Positions 1 to 10,096 of a stretch of DNA of 64,000 bases are shown here, one piece after another. Both the position numbers and the translations under genes were made by a program. The stretch is taken from the sequence record OM867527.1. One strand, written 5' to 3'. Numbering within the stretch: position 1 is the first letter of the stretch; every line of letters begins with the position of its first letter. Below the pieces are notes generated by a model. It did no database searches, had not been told where the DNA came from, and saw nothing but the letters and a program-made list of their open reading frames with translations. The DNA is from a phage.

Positions 1-256
1 TGCTCGCGTTAGCAGTGATTACGACAGCCGGATGCAACAGTCTGAAAGACGAGCATCGGTATATAAACGTCAAGCCGAAGCCGGAACCTTTGAGTGCAGA
101 AGTCTTGCAAGCCATGCAGCCAGACTCGACAACAGTCTTGAAGAAGGCAGACGTTTGGTTGAAGAACTCAGGGCAACTGTTAGACTCCGTGACAGCCAAC
201 TAATTGAGTTGGGTAAGCAGATTCAGGCTGACCGTAAACTTTTTGAACAGGAATAA
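1..256 (+). CDS. hypothetical protein, 3' end only (5'-truncated by window start); predicted coiled-coil
   Basis: Frame 2 is open from position 2 to the stop at 254-256; it sits directly upstream of the portal gene in the same orientation. Confidence 0.4.
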   Translation, partial: ARVSSDYDSRMQQSERRASVYKRQAEAGTFECRSLASHAARLDNSLEEGRRLVEELRATVRLRDSQLIELGKQIQADRKLFEQE

Positions 257-258
257 CT

Positions 259-2529
259 ATGGAACACCAAGACACTTTTAAGCCTTTACCAGACCCGGCT
301 CAATCAGAGAAGTTAACGGACTGGAAGAAGGAACCAAGTATCCAATTACTGAAAGGTGATTTGGAATCAGCTAAACCTGCTCACGATGCAATCATGGCTC
401 AGATTCGTGAGTGGAATGACTTGATGGAAGTTAAGGGAAAAGCTAAACCCCCAAAGGTTAAGGGACGTTCCCAAGTCCAACCTAGACTGGTTCGCCGTCA
501 GGCAGAATGGCGTTATGCACCATTGTCTGAACCATTCCTCTCATCTAATAAACTATTTAAGGTAACTCCTGTTACTTTTGAAGATGAGTTAGCTGCACGT
601 CAGAATGAATTAGTTCTTAACTACCAATTCCGTACCCAGCTTAATAAAGTAAAACTGGTGGATGATTACGTACATAGTGTCGTAGATGATGGTACTGGTA
701 TCGCTCGTATTGGCTGGGAACGTAAGACTGTTAAGATTAAAACAGAAACCCCAGTCTTCCAGTTGTACCCAATTGAGAACCAGGAACAAGCAGATATTCT
801 TCAGCAGGCTCTACAGCTTCAGGCAGAGAACCCTCGTGAGTATGACGAAACGATGCCAGAAGATATTAAGGAAGCTGTTAACTACTTCAATGAAACTGGA
901 GAAGCTACTTATGCAATCCAGACTGGAGTTACTGAGGTAGAGGTAGAGAAGGCACTGGTTAACAGACCTACTGTTGAAATGCTTAACCCCAACAACGTAG
1001 TTATTGACCCAAGCTGTAATGGTGATTTGGATAAGGCTCTGTATGCAGTCATCTCATTTGAGACTTGCAAAGCAGACCTAATGAAGAACAAAGACCGTTA
1101 CCACAATCTGGATAAGATTGACTGGGAAAGTTCTAGCCCTATGACTGACCCAGACCATGAAAGTAAAACTCCTGGTGACTTCCAGTTTAAAGATGCACTA
1201 CGTAAGAAAGTAGTAGCTTATGAATACTGGGGATTCTACGACATTAACGACGATGGTTCGCTGGAACCTATTGTAGCCACCTGGATTGGTTCTACTCTTA
1301 TTCGTATGGAGAAGAACCCATTCCCTGATGGTAAGTTACCTTTGGTAGTTGTTCCTTACATGCCACGTAAACGTGAACTCTATGGTGAAGCTGATGCTGA
1401 ATTGTTAGGGGATAACCAAGCAATTCTTGGTGCAACAATGCGTGGGATGATTGACCTGTTGGGTCGAAGTGCAAATGGACAACGTGGTTATCCCAAAGGG
1501 ATGTTAGATACCCTGAACCGACGTCGATATGATGATGGGCAAGACTATGAGTATAACCCAATGCAGGGTAATCCTAGTCAGGCCATTATGGAGCATAAGT
1601 TCCCTGAGTTGCCTCAGTCGGCAATAGTAATGACTCAGATGCAGAACCAGGAAGCCGAGGCACTAACTGGTGTTAAAGCATTCTCTGGTGGTGTAACTGG
1701 TGCAGCTTATGGAGATGTAGCTGCTGGTATTCGTGGTGCACTCGATGCAGCATCTAAACGTGAAATGGCAATCCTTCGTCGATTAGCTAAAGGTATGGCA
1801 GACATTGGTACTAAGATTTGTGCGATGAATGCTGTGTTCTTATCCGAGAAGGAAGTAGTACGTATTACTAATGAGCAGTATGTAGAAATTAATCGTGAAG
1901 ACCTTAAAGGTAACTTCGACATTGAGGTTGATATTAATACTGCTGAAATTGATAACCAGAAGTCTCAGGATTTGAGCTTCATGGTTCAAACATTAGGTAA
2001 TACAGTTGACCAGACTATTACGTTATCTCTTGTAGCTAAGATTGCAGAACTTAAACGTATGCCAGACCTTGCACATGAGTTACGTACCTGGAAACCACAA
2101 CCAGACCCTATGGAAGAACAACTTAAGCAATTGGCAATTCAAAAAGCACAGCTTGAGAATGAAGAGTTAAAAAGTAAGATTGCACTCAATAATGCTAAAG
2201 CTAAAGAAGCTATTTCTAGTGGTGACCTTAAAGACCTGGATTATCTGGAACAGGAATCTGGTACTAAACATGCTCGTGATATGGAAAAACAAAAAGCACA
2301 ATCTCAAGGAAACCAGAACCTTCAGATAACTAAGGCGTTGACAACACCTACTAAAGAAGGTGAAACTACCCCCAACATATCTGCTGCTGTCGGATATAAC
2401 GCTTTGACTAACGGGAACTCTTTACAGGAACGTGACTTAGCTGCACAGCAAGACCCGACTTATTCACTTAGTTCCCAGTATTATGACCCTAGCCAAGACC
2501 CAGCATCGGCTCTTGGTATGAACTTATAA
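259..2529 (+). CDS. portal protein (N4 gp59-like)
   Basis: 756-aa ORF placed upstream of a scaffold-like gene and the major capsid gene in the late block; size and position match N4-like portal proteins (recalled). No specific motif verified. Confidence 0.6.
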   Translation: MEHQDTFKPLPDPAQSEKLTDWKKEPSIQLLKGDLESAKPAHDAIMAQIREWNDLMEVKGKAKPPKVKGRSQVQPRLVRRQAEWRYAPLSEPFLSSNKLFKVTPVTFEDELAARQNELVLNYQFRTQLNKVKLVDDYVHSVVDDGTGIARIGWERKTVKIKTETPVFQLYPIENQEQADILQQALQLQAENPREYDETMPEDIKEAVNYFNETGEATYAIQTGVTEVEVEKALVNRPTVEMLNPNNVVIDPSCNGDLDKALYAVISFETCKADLMKNKDRYHNLDKIDWESSSPMTDPDHESKTPGDFQFKDALRKKVVAYEYWGFYDINDDGSLEPIVATWIGSTLIRMEKNPFPDGKLPLVVVPYMPRKRELYGEADAELLGDNQAILGATMRGMIDLLGRSANGQRGYPKGMLDTLNRRRYDDGQDYEYNPMQGNPSQAIMEHKFPELPQSAIVMTQMQNQEAEALTGVKAFSGGVTGAAYGDVAAGIRGALDAASKREMAILRRLAKGMADIGTKICAMNAVFLSEKEVVRITNEQYVEINREDLKGNFDIEVDINTAEIDNQKSQDLSFMVQTLGNTVDQTITLSLVAKIAELKRMPDLAHELRTWKPQPDPMEEQLKQLAIQKAQLENEELKSKIALNNAKAKEAISSGDLKDLDYLEQESGTKHARDMEKQKAQSQGNQNLQITKALTTPTKEGETTPNISAAVGYNALTNGNSLQERDLAAQQDPTYSLSSQYYDPSQDPASALGMNL

Positions 2530-2542
2530 GGCAGACCTTCAC

Positions 2543-2887
2543 ATGAGTAAAGAATCAACAATCGCAGGACTGGAACATCGACTGGAAGCTGCTAAAGGTG
2601 CAGTTGCACATGCAGAGGATGTACGTAAACTTTTGGAGAATCCACTGTTCCGTAAAGTAATCCTTCGCCAGTTCTGTGTGGAAGATTGTGCACGTTACGT
2701 GCAGGAGTCTGGTGACCCACTGCTTGAACCTAACAACCGTGCTGATGCATTGAACATGGCTCAAGCTGCTGGTCACTTACGTCGTTGGCTCGACCTTGCC
2801 ATTCGTATGGGCGAAAATGAAGCTGACGTTATTCTACAGGTAGAAGAAGAACTCGATGCAGTTCGTGCTGAACCTGAAGACGAATAA
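2543..2887 (+). CDS. hypothetical protein (114 aa)
   Basis: Compact ORF between the portal and scaffold-like genes, same strand, short intergenic spacers. Confidence 0.45.
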   Translation: MSKESTIAGLEHRLEAAKGAVAHAEDVRKLLENPLFRKVILRQFCVEDCARYVQESGDPLLEPNNRADALNMAQAAGHLRRWLDLAIRMGENEADVILQVEEELDAVRAEPEDE

Positions 2888-2906
2888 TTAACCGGAGATA
2901 TTTCCT

Positions 2907-4127
2907 ATGACTACGGAAGCTGCAACCACAGCTTCCGACATTCTCGCAATGTCGGATGATGAGATTCTGAATATGGAAGCCCCAGCAATTATTGCTGAGG
3001 AAGATACTTCCACTCAGAACAACCCAGAAACCAACGGCGTACAGACTCCTGATGAAGAAGTTGACCCCTCTGCTGTTGAAGACCTACCAACCGAAGAAAC
3101 CACCACTGAACCTGATCCAGTTGAAGATGATTCAGCAAATTCTTTAACTTCTGATAAAGTTGATGATAAAGTTGTTGACACAGAAGTTGATAGTAACGGC
3201 AAGCCGATTACTAAAGCTGAACCTTCTACTGCTGAACCAGGCCAGGAACAGAAAGAAGAAGGCAAACAGTCTGAAGGTCTGCCTGCTGACTTCAACTATA
3301 AGGAAGGTTATGAGAAGTTGATGGCTCCTTTTAAAGCTAACGGCAAAATGATTACTCCCCGTTCCCCGGAGGAGGCCATTAGCCTGATGCAGATGGGTGC
3401 TAACTATACTCGTAAGATGCAAGAACTTCAGCCGTACCGTAAGGTAATGCTGATGTTACAGAACAACGGTTTAATGGATGAGGAAAAACTTTCTTTCCTG
3501 ATTGACCTGGATAAGAAGAATCCTGAAGCCATTAAAAAGTTGTTGAAAGACTCTGGTACAGATCCTCTGGACTTTAATCCAGAAGAGGAAATTAACTACC
3601 AGGGTGGCAAACACCGTGTTACAGACACCGAAGCAGATTTTGCAACCGAAATTGACGACTTAAAGTCTACTCAAGAAGGACAAGCTACATTAGGTGTTAT
3701 TAGCTCGACATGGGATGCTGCCAGTAAAGATGCTCTTTATCAGAATCGTGGCTTACTCCACACCATTCACGAACAGCGTGAGAATGGTATTTATGACACC
3801 ATTGCTAACGAGGTGAATCGTCTTCAGGTGTTAGGTCAGATTCCGGTAGGTACTCCGTTTATTCAGGCTTACAACTACGTTGGTAACCTCCTTGCACAAC
3901 AGGGAGCATTTAACCAAGTGGCTAAGCCAGAACCGGTACAAACAGTTAAACCAGCAGTTCAGCCGGTAGTGCGTGTAGCGCAACCTAAGCAGACTCTGGC
4001 TAACAACGAGCAAGCTAAAGCAGCTTCCCTTAATCGGGCTGCTACACGTAAAGCAACGCCTATTGTAAACCCACTCGCTATGAGTGATGAAGATTTCGCT
4101 AAACTCCCAGTACCGGGTAGTCTTTAA
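2907..4127 (+). CDS. putative scaffolding protein (acidic, 406 aa)
   Basis: Highly acidic, Glu/Asp/Thr-rich N-terminal third; located immediately upstream of the major capsid gene. Function inferred from composition and position only. Confidence 0.4.
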   Translation: MTTEAATTASDILAMSDDEILNMEAPAIIAEEDTSTQNNPETNGVQTPDEEVDPSAVEDLPTEETTTEPDPVEDDSANSLTSDKVDDKVVDTEVDSNGKPITKAEPSTAEPGQEQKEEGKQSEGLPADFNYKEGYEKLMAPFKANGKMITPRSPEEAISLMQMGANYTRKMQELQPYRKVMLMLQNNGLMDEEKLSFLIDLDKKNPEAIKKLLKDSGTDPLDFNPEEEINYQGGKHRVTDTEADFATEIDDLKSTQEGQATLGVISSTWDAASKDALYQNRGLLHTIHEQRENGIYDTIANEVNRLQVLGQIPVGTPFIQAYNYVGNLLAQQGAFNQVAKPEPVQTVKPAVQPVVRVAQPKQTLANNEQAKAASLNRAATRKATPIVNPLAMSDEDFAKLPVPGSL

Positions 4128-4143
4128 ACAGGAATGAGATGAT

Positions 4144-5346
4144 ATGTTAAACTATAACGCTCCAATTGACGGTCAGAAATCTAGCATTGATGGTGCTGGT
4201 TCCGACCAGATGAATACTTATTACTGGCTGAAGAAGGCTATTATTCAGTCTCGTAAAGACCAGTATTTCATGCCTCTGGCTAACACCGTTAACATGCCGA
4301 AGAACTACGGTAAGACTGTTAAGGTGTATGAGTACGTTCCTCTGCTCGACGATAAGAACATCAACGACCAGGGTATTGATGCTAATGGTGCTACCATCGT
4401 TAATGGTAACCTGTACGGTTCTTCCAAAGACGTTGGTAACATCACTTCTAAACTGCCTCTGCTGTCAGAGAACGGTGGTCGTGTTAACCGTGTAGGTTTT
4501 ACTCGCCTGGCTCGTGAAGGTTCTATTCATAAGTTCGGCTTCTTCTACGAATTTACCCAAGAGTCTCTGGACTTTGATTCTGATGATCAACTGAAAGAAC
4601 ACCTGTCTCGCGAACTGATGAACGGTGCTGTACAGTTGACTGAAGCTGTTCTCCAGAAAGACCTGCTGGCTGCTGCCGGTACTGTACTGTATGCAGGTGC
4701 TGCTGTCTCTGATGCAACCATCACTGGCGAAGGCTCTACCCCGTCTGTAGTTTCTTATAAGAACCTGATGCGTCTTGACCAGATTCTTACTGAGAACCGT
4801 ACCCCAACTCAGACTACTATCATCACTGGTTCTAAACTTACAGATACCAAAGTACTAGGTGGTACTCGTGTAATGTACGTTGGTTCTGAACTGGTTCCAG
4901 AACTGAAAGCGATGAAAGACCTGTTCGGTAACAAAGCATTCATCGAAGTTCAGCACTATGCTGATGCTGGTACTCTGATGAATGGTGAAATCGGTTGTAT
5001 TGATAAGTTCCGTATCATCCAGGTTCCTGAAATGCTGCATTGGGCAGGTGCTGGTGCACAGGTTGGTACTAACCCGGGTTACCGTACCTCTATGGTATCT
5101 GGTCAGGAGCACTACGACGTATTCCCGATGCTGGTAGTTGGTGATGATTCCTTCTCTACTATTGGCTTCCAGACTGATGGTAAGTCTGTTAAGTTCACCA
5201 TCATGACTAAGATGCCGGGTAAAGAAACTGCTGACCGTAATGACCCGTATGGTGAAACTGGCTTCAGTTCTATCAAGTGGTACTATGGTATTCTGGTTAA
5301 ACGTCCAGAACGTCTGGCTCTGATTAAGACTGTTGCACCTCTGTAA
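4144..5346 (+). CDS. major capsid protein (N4 gp56-like)
   Basis: 400-aa ORF downstream of portal and scaffold-like genes; followed by a perfect 8-bp GC-rich hairpin, typical of highly expressed capsid genes. Confidence 0.65.
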   Translation: MLNYNAPIDGQKSSIDGAGSDQMNTYYWLKKAIIQSRKDQYFMPLANTVNMPKNYGKTVKVYEYVPLLDDKNINDQGIDANGATIVNGNLYGSSKDVGNITSKLPLLSENGGRVNRVGFTRLAREGSIHKFGFFYEFTQESLDFDSDDQLKEHLSRELMNGAVQLTEAVLQKDLLAAAGTVLYAGAAVSDATITGEGSTPSVVSYKNLMRLDQILTENRTPTQTTIITGSKLTDTKVLGGTRVMYVGSELVPELKAMKDLFGNKAFIEVQHYADAGTLMNGEIGCIDKFRIIQVPEMLHWAGAGAQVGTNPGYRTSMVSGQEHYDVFPMLVVGDDSFSTIGFQTDGKSVKFTIMTKMPGKETADRNDPYGETGFSSIKWYYGILVKRPERLALIKTVAPL

Positions 5347-5363
5347 TAGTCCGAAATAAAACA

Positions 5364-5383
5364 AGGGGGACATAAGTCCCCCT
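5364..5383. terminator. stable hairpin after the capsid gene (terminator or attenuator; orientation ambiguous)
   Basis: AGGGGGAC-ATAA-GTCCCCCT, perfect 8-bp stem; the T-rich tract lies on the minus-strand side and the plus-side tail is A-rich. Confidence 0.45.
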
Positions 5384-5413
5384 CTTAATAAAACTAAATG
5401 AACCACAGGAAAT

Positions 5414-6052
5414 ATGAACATGAGCATTAACGATAAACCGACCACTGACGTAGAAGTGAACGTACAGGGCAACGAAGATACCGTTAACGATATTGCAATG
5501 CCTAGCGAACTTGAAGTTCTTAAGCAACGTGCAACGTTGATGAATATCAAGTTCTCTAACAACATTTCCGTTGAGAAGCTTCGTGAGAAGATTGAAGCTG
5601 CACAAGTAAAAGATGAACCAGTAGTAGAAGCTGCTGTTAACCCACTGGGTGATAAGCAAGAAGCTGGTGTTAAAAAGATGACCCTGGGTCAGAAGATTCG
5701 TGCAGAACAGACTCGACTGATTCGTGTACGTATCCAGAACCTTGACCCTAAGAAGAAAGACCTGCCGGGTGAGATTATCACCGTAGCTAACGAATATATG
5801 GGTACTGTACGTAAGTTTGTTCCGTTCGGTGAAGTAACTGACAATGGTTATCATATTCCGTACTGTATCTACGAGTTCCTTAAAGAGCGTAAGTTCATCA
5901 ATATTACGACTCGTAAGGGTAAGAATGGCTTACCGGACATCCGTGCAACAGAAGCACGTGAGTTCTCCATTGAAGTACTGCCTCCGTTGACTGAAGCAGA
6001 ATTAGCTCAACTGGCTCAAGCACAGATTGCTGCTGGTAGCCTTAACGATTAA
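5414..6052 (+). CDS. hypothetical virion-module protein (212 aa)
   Basis: ORF in the structural block between the capsid gene and downstream virion genes. Confidence 0.4.
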   Translation: MNMSINDKPTTDVEVNVQGNEDTVNDIAMPSELEVLKQRATLMNIKFSNNISVEKLREKIEAAQVKDEPVVEAAVNPLGDKQEAGVKKMTLGQKIRAEQTRLIRVRIQNLDPKKKDLPGEIITVANEYMGTVRKFVPFGEVTDNGYHIPYCIYEFLKERKFINITTRKGKNGLPDIRATEAREFSIEVLPPLTEAELAQLAQAQIAAGSLND

Positions 6053-6073
6053 CGTATAAGCTACAGTTCAACA

Positions 6074-6110
6074 CGGCTCACTGGGGTAACTTCGTGGGCC
6101 GTTTCTTTTT
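6074..6110 (+). terminator. rho-independent terminator
   Basis: 8-bp stem CGGCTCAC/GTGGGCCG (one G-U pair) followed by TTTCTTTTT. Confidence 0.55.
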
Positions 6111-6122
6111 GAACCAAGAGGA

Positions 6123-6965
6123 ATGATTATGTCTTGTTCTGCTGAGGTAGAAGCTAACCGACTCCTTGAAGAGTTGACTAAGGGTGATGACTTTACCCTT
6201 CCTGATATTGATATGTCTGGTCCTGAGTGGGATATCCCTGGTGGGGATGGTTCTCCAATCTTTGGTGCTATTGATAAAGTAACCAACGAATCTCTTACTA
6301 CCCGTGAAGTAGGTGGTAGTGGTACGTTTGATGCATTAATGGAATCTGCACACAACCATCTTAAAGCTGAGTTTAAGGCTAACCGTATTACAGGTGGTGA
6401 ATATACCAAAGCATACATTGCTATGATGGAATCATGCATGAGTAATGCTGTTCAGTTCTTACTTGGTCGTGACCAGGCATACTGGGCTGCTGCATTGGCA
6501 CAGATTCAGGCAGTTACTGCTCGTGTTACATTGGCTACTTCTAAAGCTCAGTTTGTACTGGCTAAGCTTCAGGCATTATCTGCTAAGAGTGAATATGCTC
6601 TCACTAAGATGAAGATTGCTACTGAGTCTGAAACGTACTGTGCTGCATTGTTTAATGTCAATCAGATGTTACCTCAACAGCTTAAGCTTATTACTGAGCA
6701 AACCGAGTCACAACGTGCACAGACACTAGATACTCGTACTGATGGTGCAGTAGTTAAGGGTTCTGTAGGTAAACAGAAAGAACTGTATTCCCAACAGATT
6801 ACTTCTTATCAGCGTGATGCAGAAGTTAAAGCATCTAAGCTGTTTACTGATGCATGGATTACTCAGAAGACTATTGATGAAGGCTTGAATCCACCGAATG
6901 GCTTCACTAACGCAAGTATTGATACCATTCTAACCAAGCTGAAGTCTAACAACGGGTTGAACTGA
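6123..6965 (+). CDS. hypothetical virion protein (280 aa; N4 gp54-like by position)
   Basis: ORF in the structural block between capsid and vRNAP; Gln/Ala-rich helical composition. Confidence 0.4.
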   Translation: MIMSCSAEVEANRLLEELTKGDDFTLPDIDMSGPEWDIPGGDGSPIFGAIDKVTNESLTTREVGGSGTFDALMESAHNHLKAEFKANRITGGEYTKAYIAMMESCMSNAVQFLLGRDQAYWAAALAQIQAVTARVTLATSKAQFVLAKLQALSAKSEYALTKMKIATESETYCAALFNVNQMLPQQLKLITEQTESQRAQTLDTRTDGAVVKGSVGKQKELYSQQITSYQRDAEVKASKLFTDAWITQKTIDEGLNPPNGFTNASIDTILTKLKSNNGLN

Positions 6966-6966
6966 T

Positions 6967-9621
6967 ATGGGCTTATTCAGTGGGAAGACCAAAGTATACG
7001 TAGCATCCTCTGTCTATAACATGGCAGGGGATATACATAAACGTCCTAACTATATGAAGACTGTAGTCATTGGTAACATTATTTCCAATACAGGATTCAC
7101 TATGGCAGATACTATCTCTGATAGTTATCTGAATGGACCTGGTATTCGTATGCGACTGTTCTCCAGCTGGAGTAAGAACCACTATGATTCAGAAGTTGGT
7201 ATGGCTGGTTCTTCATTGGGTGTACTGGCTAAGATTGACCCTACTGTAATAGAGGGTCAAATTACACCACCTGCTGGAGAATCAGTCTATGTTCAGGCAG
7301 CAGAGATTGGCTTTGCTGATTTTGAGCAATGGTGTGACCAGTATCTTTATGAGAATGCTCCAAGTCGAATCATGGAACGATTCGACATAGACATTGATGA
7401 AGATACAAATGAAATTACTATGACCTCCCTGGATGGAGGTTCTACTATTAAATTCACACCTACTAACTTTGAACCAGGTGCTTTGTATCTCTATGCTGAT
7501 TACACATTCTATAAGTCCCCTACTACTAATCCACCTGTAGTAGGTCCGACTACTGTCTATGATGATGAGGATGACTTACCATCTACTTTGTTATGGTCTA
7601 CTATCTCAAGCGATACGGCAGCTAATACAACCAATCTTACTAAGACTATACATACGCATTCTGTTTACTCTGATGGTAGACCAGATGAAGATAGTACTGT
7701 CACGGAACCAAGTGTAGATAACTGGAACTCCTACATTAAGGTTTATCGTAGAGGGTTCACTGAGAAACCTGATAATGTGACTGTAGTTGTATCTGATAGA
7801 GTAATGACTCATAAAAAGTTTGGTGAGATTCAATCCAGTACTACTGTAGCTACCAACGTAGTTGATCTAGGTGGAGGTGTTACTCGTACCGACACAATTA
7901 CTACAACTACAGAGACACTGGTTCGTAAGTATTCATCTCAGACTACTCGCACTGATACAGAGATGACTGCTGTTGGTACGCCTAAGATGCTTATCTATAA
8001 GCAGAACTCTGGTAACGTTGCACTGGATTCCCTGTTTAATACTGAGGCTACTGACAATCGTTTCTACCCATTCATTCCAATCAGGAATGATAAACAATGG
8101 GTAGAGAATGACCCAATCTACCCACACTGTAAGAAAGCTCTTTATAAAGCTACTGGTGGAAAAATCGATAAGGTAGTGACTGAGCTTAAGAAGAATAACG
8201 ATATAGGAGACATTCAGTACATTTATGGCACATTCGGTGTATCTCTTAATTCTCCTGAAGATACTGCTAAGGAATACATCTACCGTTTCTTTCAGATGGC
8301 TACTGAAGCATTCCCACCTGACCCAACATACCCGACACTGGAAGCAGTGATTGCAGGGTATCAGGCAGCCAATGATGCAGTTGATGCATATGTAGAATGG
8401 TGGAGTAGGACTGAAGGGCATACTATTGGAACTCCCCCACCACTGCCAGAATACCCTGTAATACCTAAACGAGAGTTTAGGGTGCACAGTAATAAGCATT
8501 ACAAGTATGACATGACTATTGGCTGGAACTATGTATTTGAAACCACCCACTCAGGGCAAGCATGGTCTGGGGCTAAGCAAGGACAACTTCGAGCCAGATA
8601 CGCAGGAGATATAACTCTTACTCGTAAGAACATACGCACTGATAATAATTCAGGCTCAGTTACTGAGTTGGATGTTACTCCTACATTCTACACTATGCAG
8701 GAATATGAGTTACTCTGGCAGGATGGCAATGATACCTATCGTAAACTCAGAGTACTGGGTTTAAACCACAATAATAGGGTATATAAGAATAAGTCAGTAC
8801 ATATTGATGTTGCCGGGGCAATGGGTGATGCAGAAGAGAGTGGATTCATTATTCCATTGCATACTAACATCTACCGTTCAATGTCACTGGTTCGAAGTAC
8901 TCAGCTATCCACTGCCTGTTCCTACTTAGTAATGAACTCATACAAGAAGGTTAAGAAGAAATGGTATCAGACTGGAGCATTTAAGATTGTTGTTGTTGTG
9001 GTCGCTGTGGTTATCTCTGTATTTACAGCTGGTGCTGGTGGTGCAGGTATACTTGGGGCATACGGTGCAGTTGGTGCATCACTCGGCTTTGTTGGATTAG
9101 CTGCTGTGATAGTTGGTGCTGTAGCAAATGCTATTGCTGGAATGATTCTGGTATCCATTATCACTAAAGTATCCACTTCACTGTTCGGTGATAAACTCGG
9201 TTTTATCATTGCAGCTATTGCTTCAATGGTAGCTATGAATGTTGGTACTGCCCTGTCTACCGGTACATCTCTGTCCACTCTGGCAAGTGAAATGATGAAT
9301 GCCCAAAACATCATGCAGCTTACCAGTTCAGTAGGCAATGGTATTAGTCAGTATATTAATGCATCTACGGCTGCTACTATTCAGAAAGCAGAGAAAGTAA
9401 TGCAGCAGTACAATACTGATATGATGGCAATTAATAAGCAGTATGAAGAGATGTTTGGTACTGCTGGACAGGGTGTAATTGACCCAATGCAATTCGTGTC
9501 AATGGAGTCACTGGATTCATTCTTATCACGTACTCTCATGACTGGTTCAGATATAGCCGACCTGTCCTTAGACATGATAGGTAACTACTCTGATATGACC
9601 CTTAATACTGACCTTGTTTAA
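6967..9621 (+). CDS. large virion protein with Gly/Ala-rich multi-hydrophobic C-terminal region (884 aa); possible ejection/channel protein
   Basis: ATG overlaps the upstream stop. Residues ~665-780 (nt ~8960-9310) are an uninterrupted hydrophobic Gly/Ala/Val/Ile stretch (KIVVVVVAVVISVFTAGAGGAGILGAYGAVGASLGFVGLAAVIVGAVANAIAGMILVSII...). Confidence 0.45.
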   Translation: MGLFSGKTKVYVASSVYNMAGDIHKRPNYMKTVVIGNIISNTGFTMADTISDSYLNGPGIRMRLFSSWSKNHYDSEVGMAGSSLGVLAKIDPTVIEGQITPPAGESVYVQAAEIGFADFEQWCDQYLYENAPSRIMERFDIDIDEDTNEITMTSLDGGSTIKFTPTNFEPGALYLYADYTFYKSPTTNPPVVGPTTVYDDEDDLPSTLLWSTISSDTAANTTNLTKTIHTHSVYSDGRPDEDSTVTEPSVDNWNSYIKVYRRGFTEKPDNVTVVVSDRVMTHKKFGEIQSSTTVATNVVDLGGGVTRTDTITTTTETLVRKYSSQTTRTDTEMTAVGTPKMLIYKQNSGNVALDSLFNTEATDNRFYPFIPIRNDKQWVENDPIYPHCKKALYKATGGKIDKVVTELKKNNDIGDIQYIYGTFGVSLNSPEDTAKEYIYRFFQMATEAFPPDPTYPTLEAVIAGYQAANDAVDAYVEWWSRTEGHTIGTPPPLPEYPVIPKREFRVHSNKHYKYDMTIGWNYVFETTHSGQAWSGAKQGQLRARYAGDITLTRKNIRTDNNSGSVTELDVTPTFYTMQEYELLWQDGNDTYRKLRVLGLNHNNRVYKNKSVHIDVAGAMGDAEESGFIIPLHTNIYRSMSLVRSTQLSTACSYLVMNSYKKVKKKWYQTGAFKIVVVVVAVVISVFTAGAGGAGILGAYGAVGASLGFVGLAAVIVGAVANAIAGMILVSIITKVSTSLFGDKLGFIIAAIASMVAMNVGTALSTGTSLSTLASEMMNAQNIMQLTSSVGNGISQYINASTAATIQKAEKVMQQYNTDMMAINKQYEEMFGTAGQGVIDPMQFVSMESLDSFLSRTLMTGSDIADLSLDMIGNYSDMTLNTDLV

Positions 9622-10084
9622 CAGGAGAACCCTCATGGATTTGTCATTCTTTACAGGCAACCAAACCCCACAGCCAGCTGCTATGTCTTGGTTGTCTAAT
9701 AACAATCGTAACTTTAGTACCCCAGCTATGAATTATCAGCCAGGACAGGTAGTTGGTATGGATTTTTTAAACGGAAATCTGGATAACTCACTGTTTGGTT
9801 CAGGTAATGGCTCAGCTGACCAGCTTGGTATGAACATACCCACCATCCAACTAGGACTTGGTGCACTTGGTTCATTAGCTAATATCTATGGTGGTTTCCA
9901 GGCTAATAAGTTAGCCAAAGACCAGTTGAACTTTGCTAAGAGTGTTACTAACACTAACCTGAATAATCAGATTAAGTCTTATAACACTGCACTGGAAGAC
10001 CGTGCTCGTAGCCGTGCTACAGCAGAGAACCGTGACCAATCCACTGCTGATGCTTATATTGCAGCTAATAAGCTAACTCGTTAA
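9614..10084 (+). CDS. hypothetical protein (156 aa)
   Basis: ORF overlapping the end of the 884-aa gene by 8 nt, same strand; Asn/Gly/Ser-rich. Confidence 0.4.
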   Translation: MFNRRTLMDLSFFTGNQTPQPAAMSWLSNNNRNFSTPAMNYQPGQVVGMDFLNGNLDNSLFGSGNGSADQLGMNIPTIQLGLGALGSLANIYGGFQANKLAKDQLNFAKSVTNTNLNNQIKSYNTALEDRARSRATAENRDQSTADAYIAANKLTR

Positions 10085-10096
10085 TAGGAAACCATT

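Noticed and set aside
4855-5854. Minus-strand ORFs of 236 and 176 aa overlapping the capsid gene and the following gene
   Set aside because: Opposite strand to a compact late block and Cys/Phe/Leu-rich low-complexity translations; treated as spurious.
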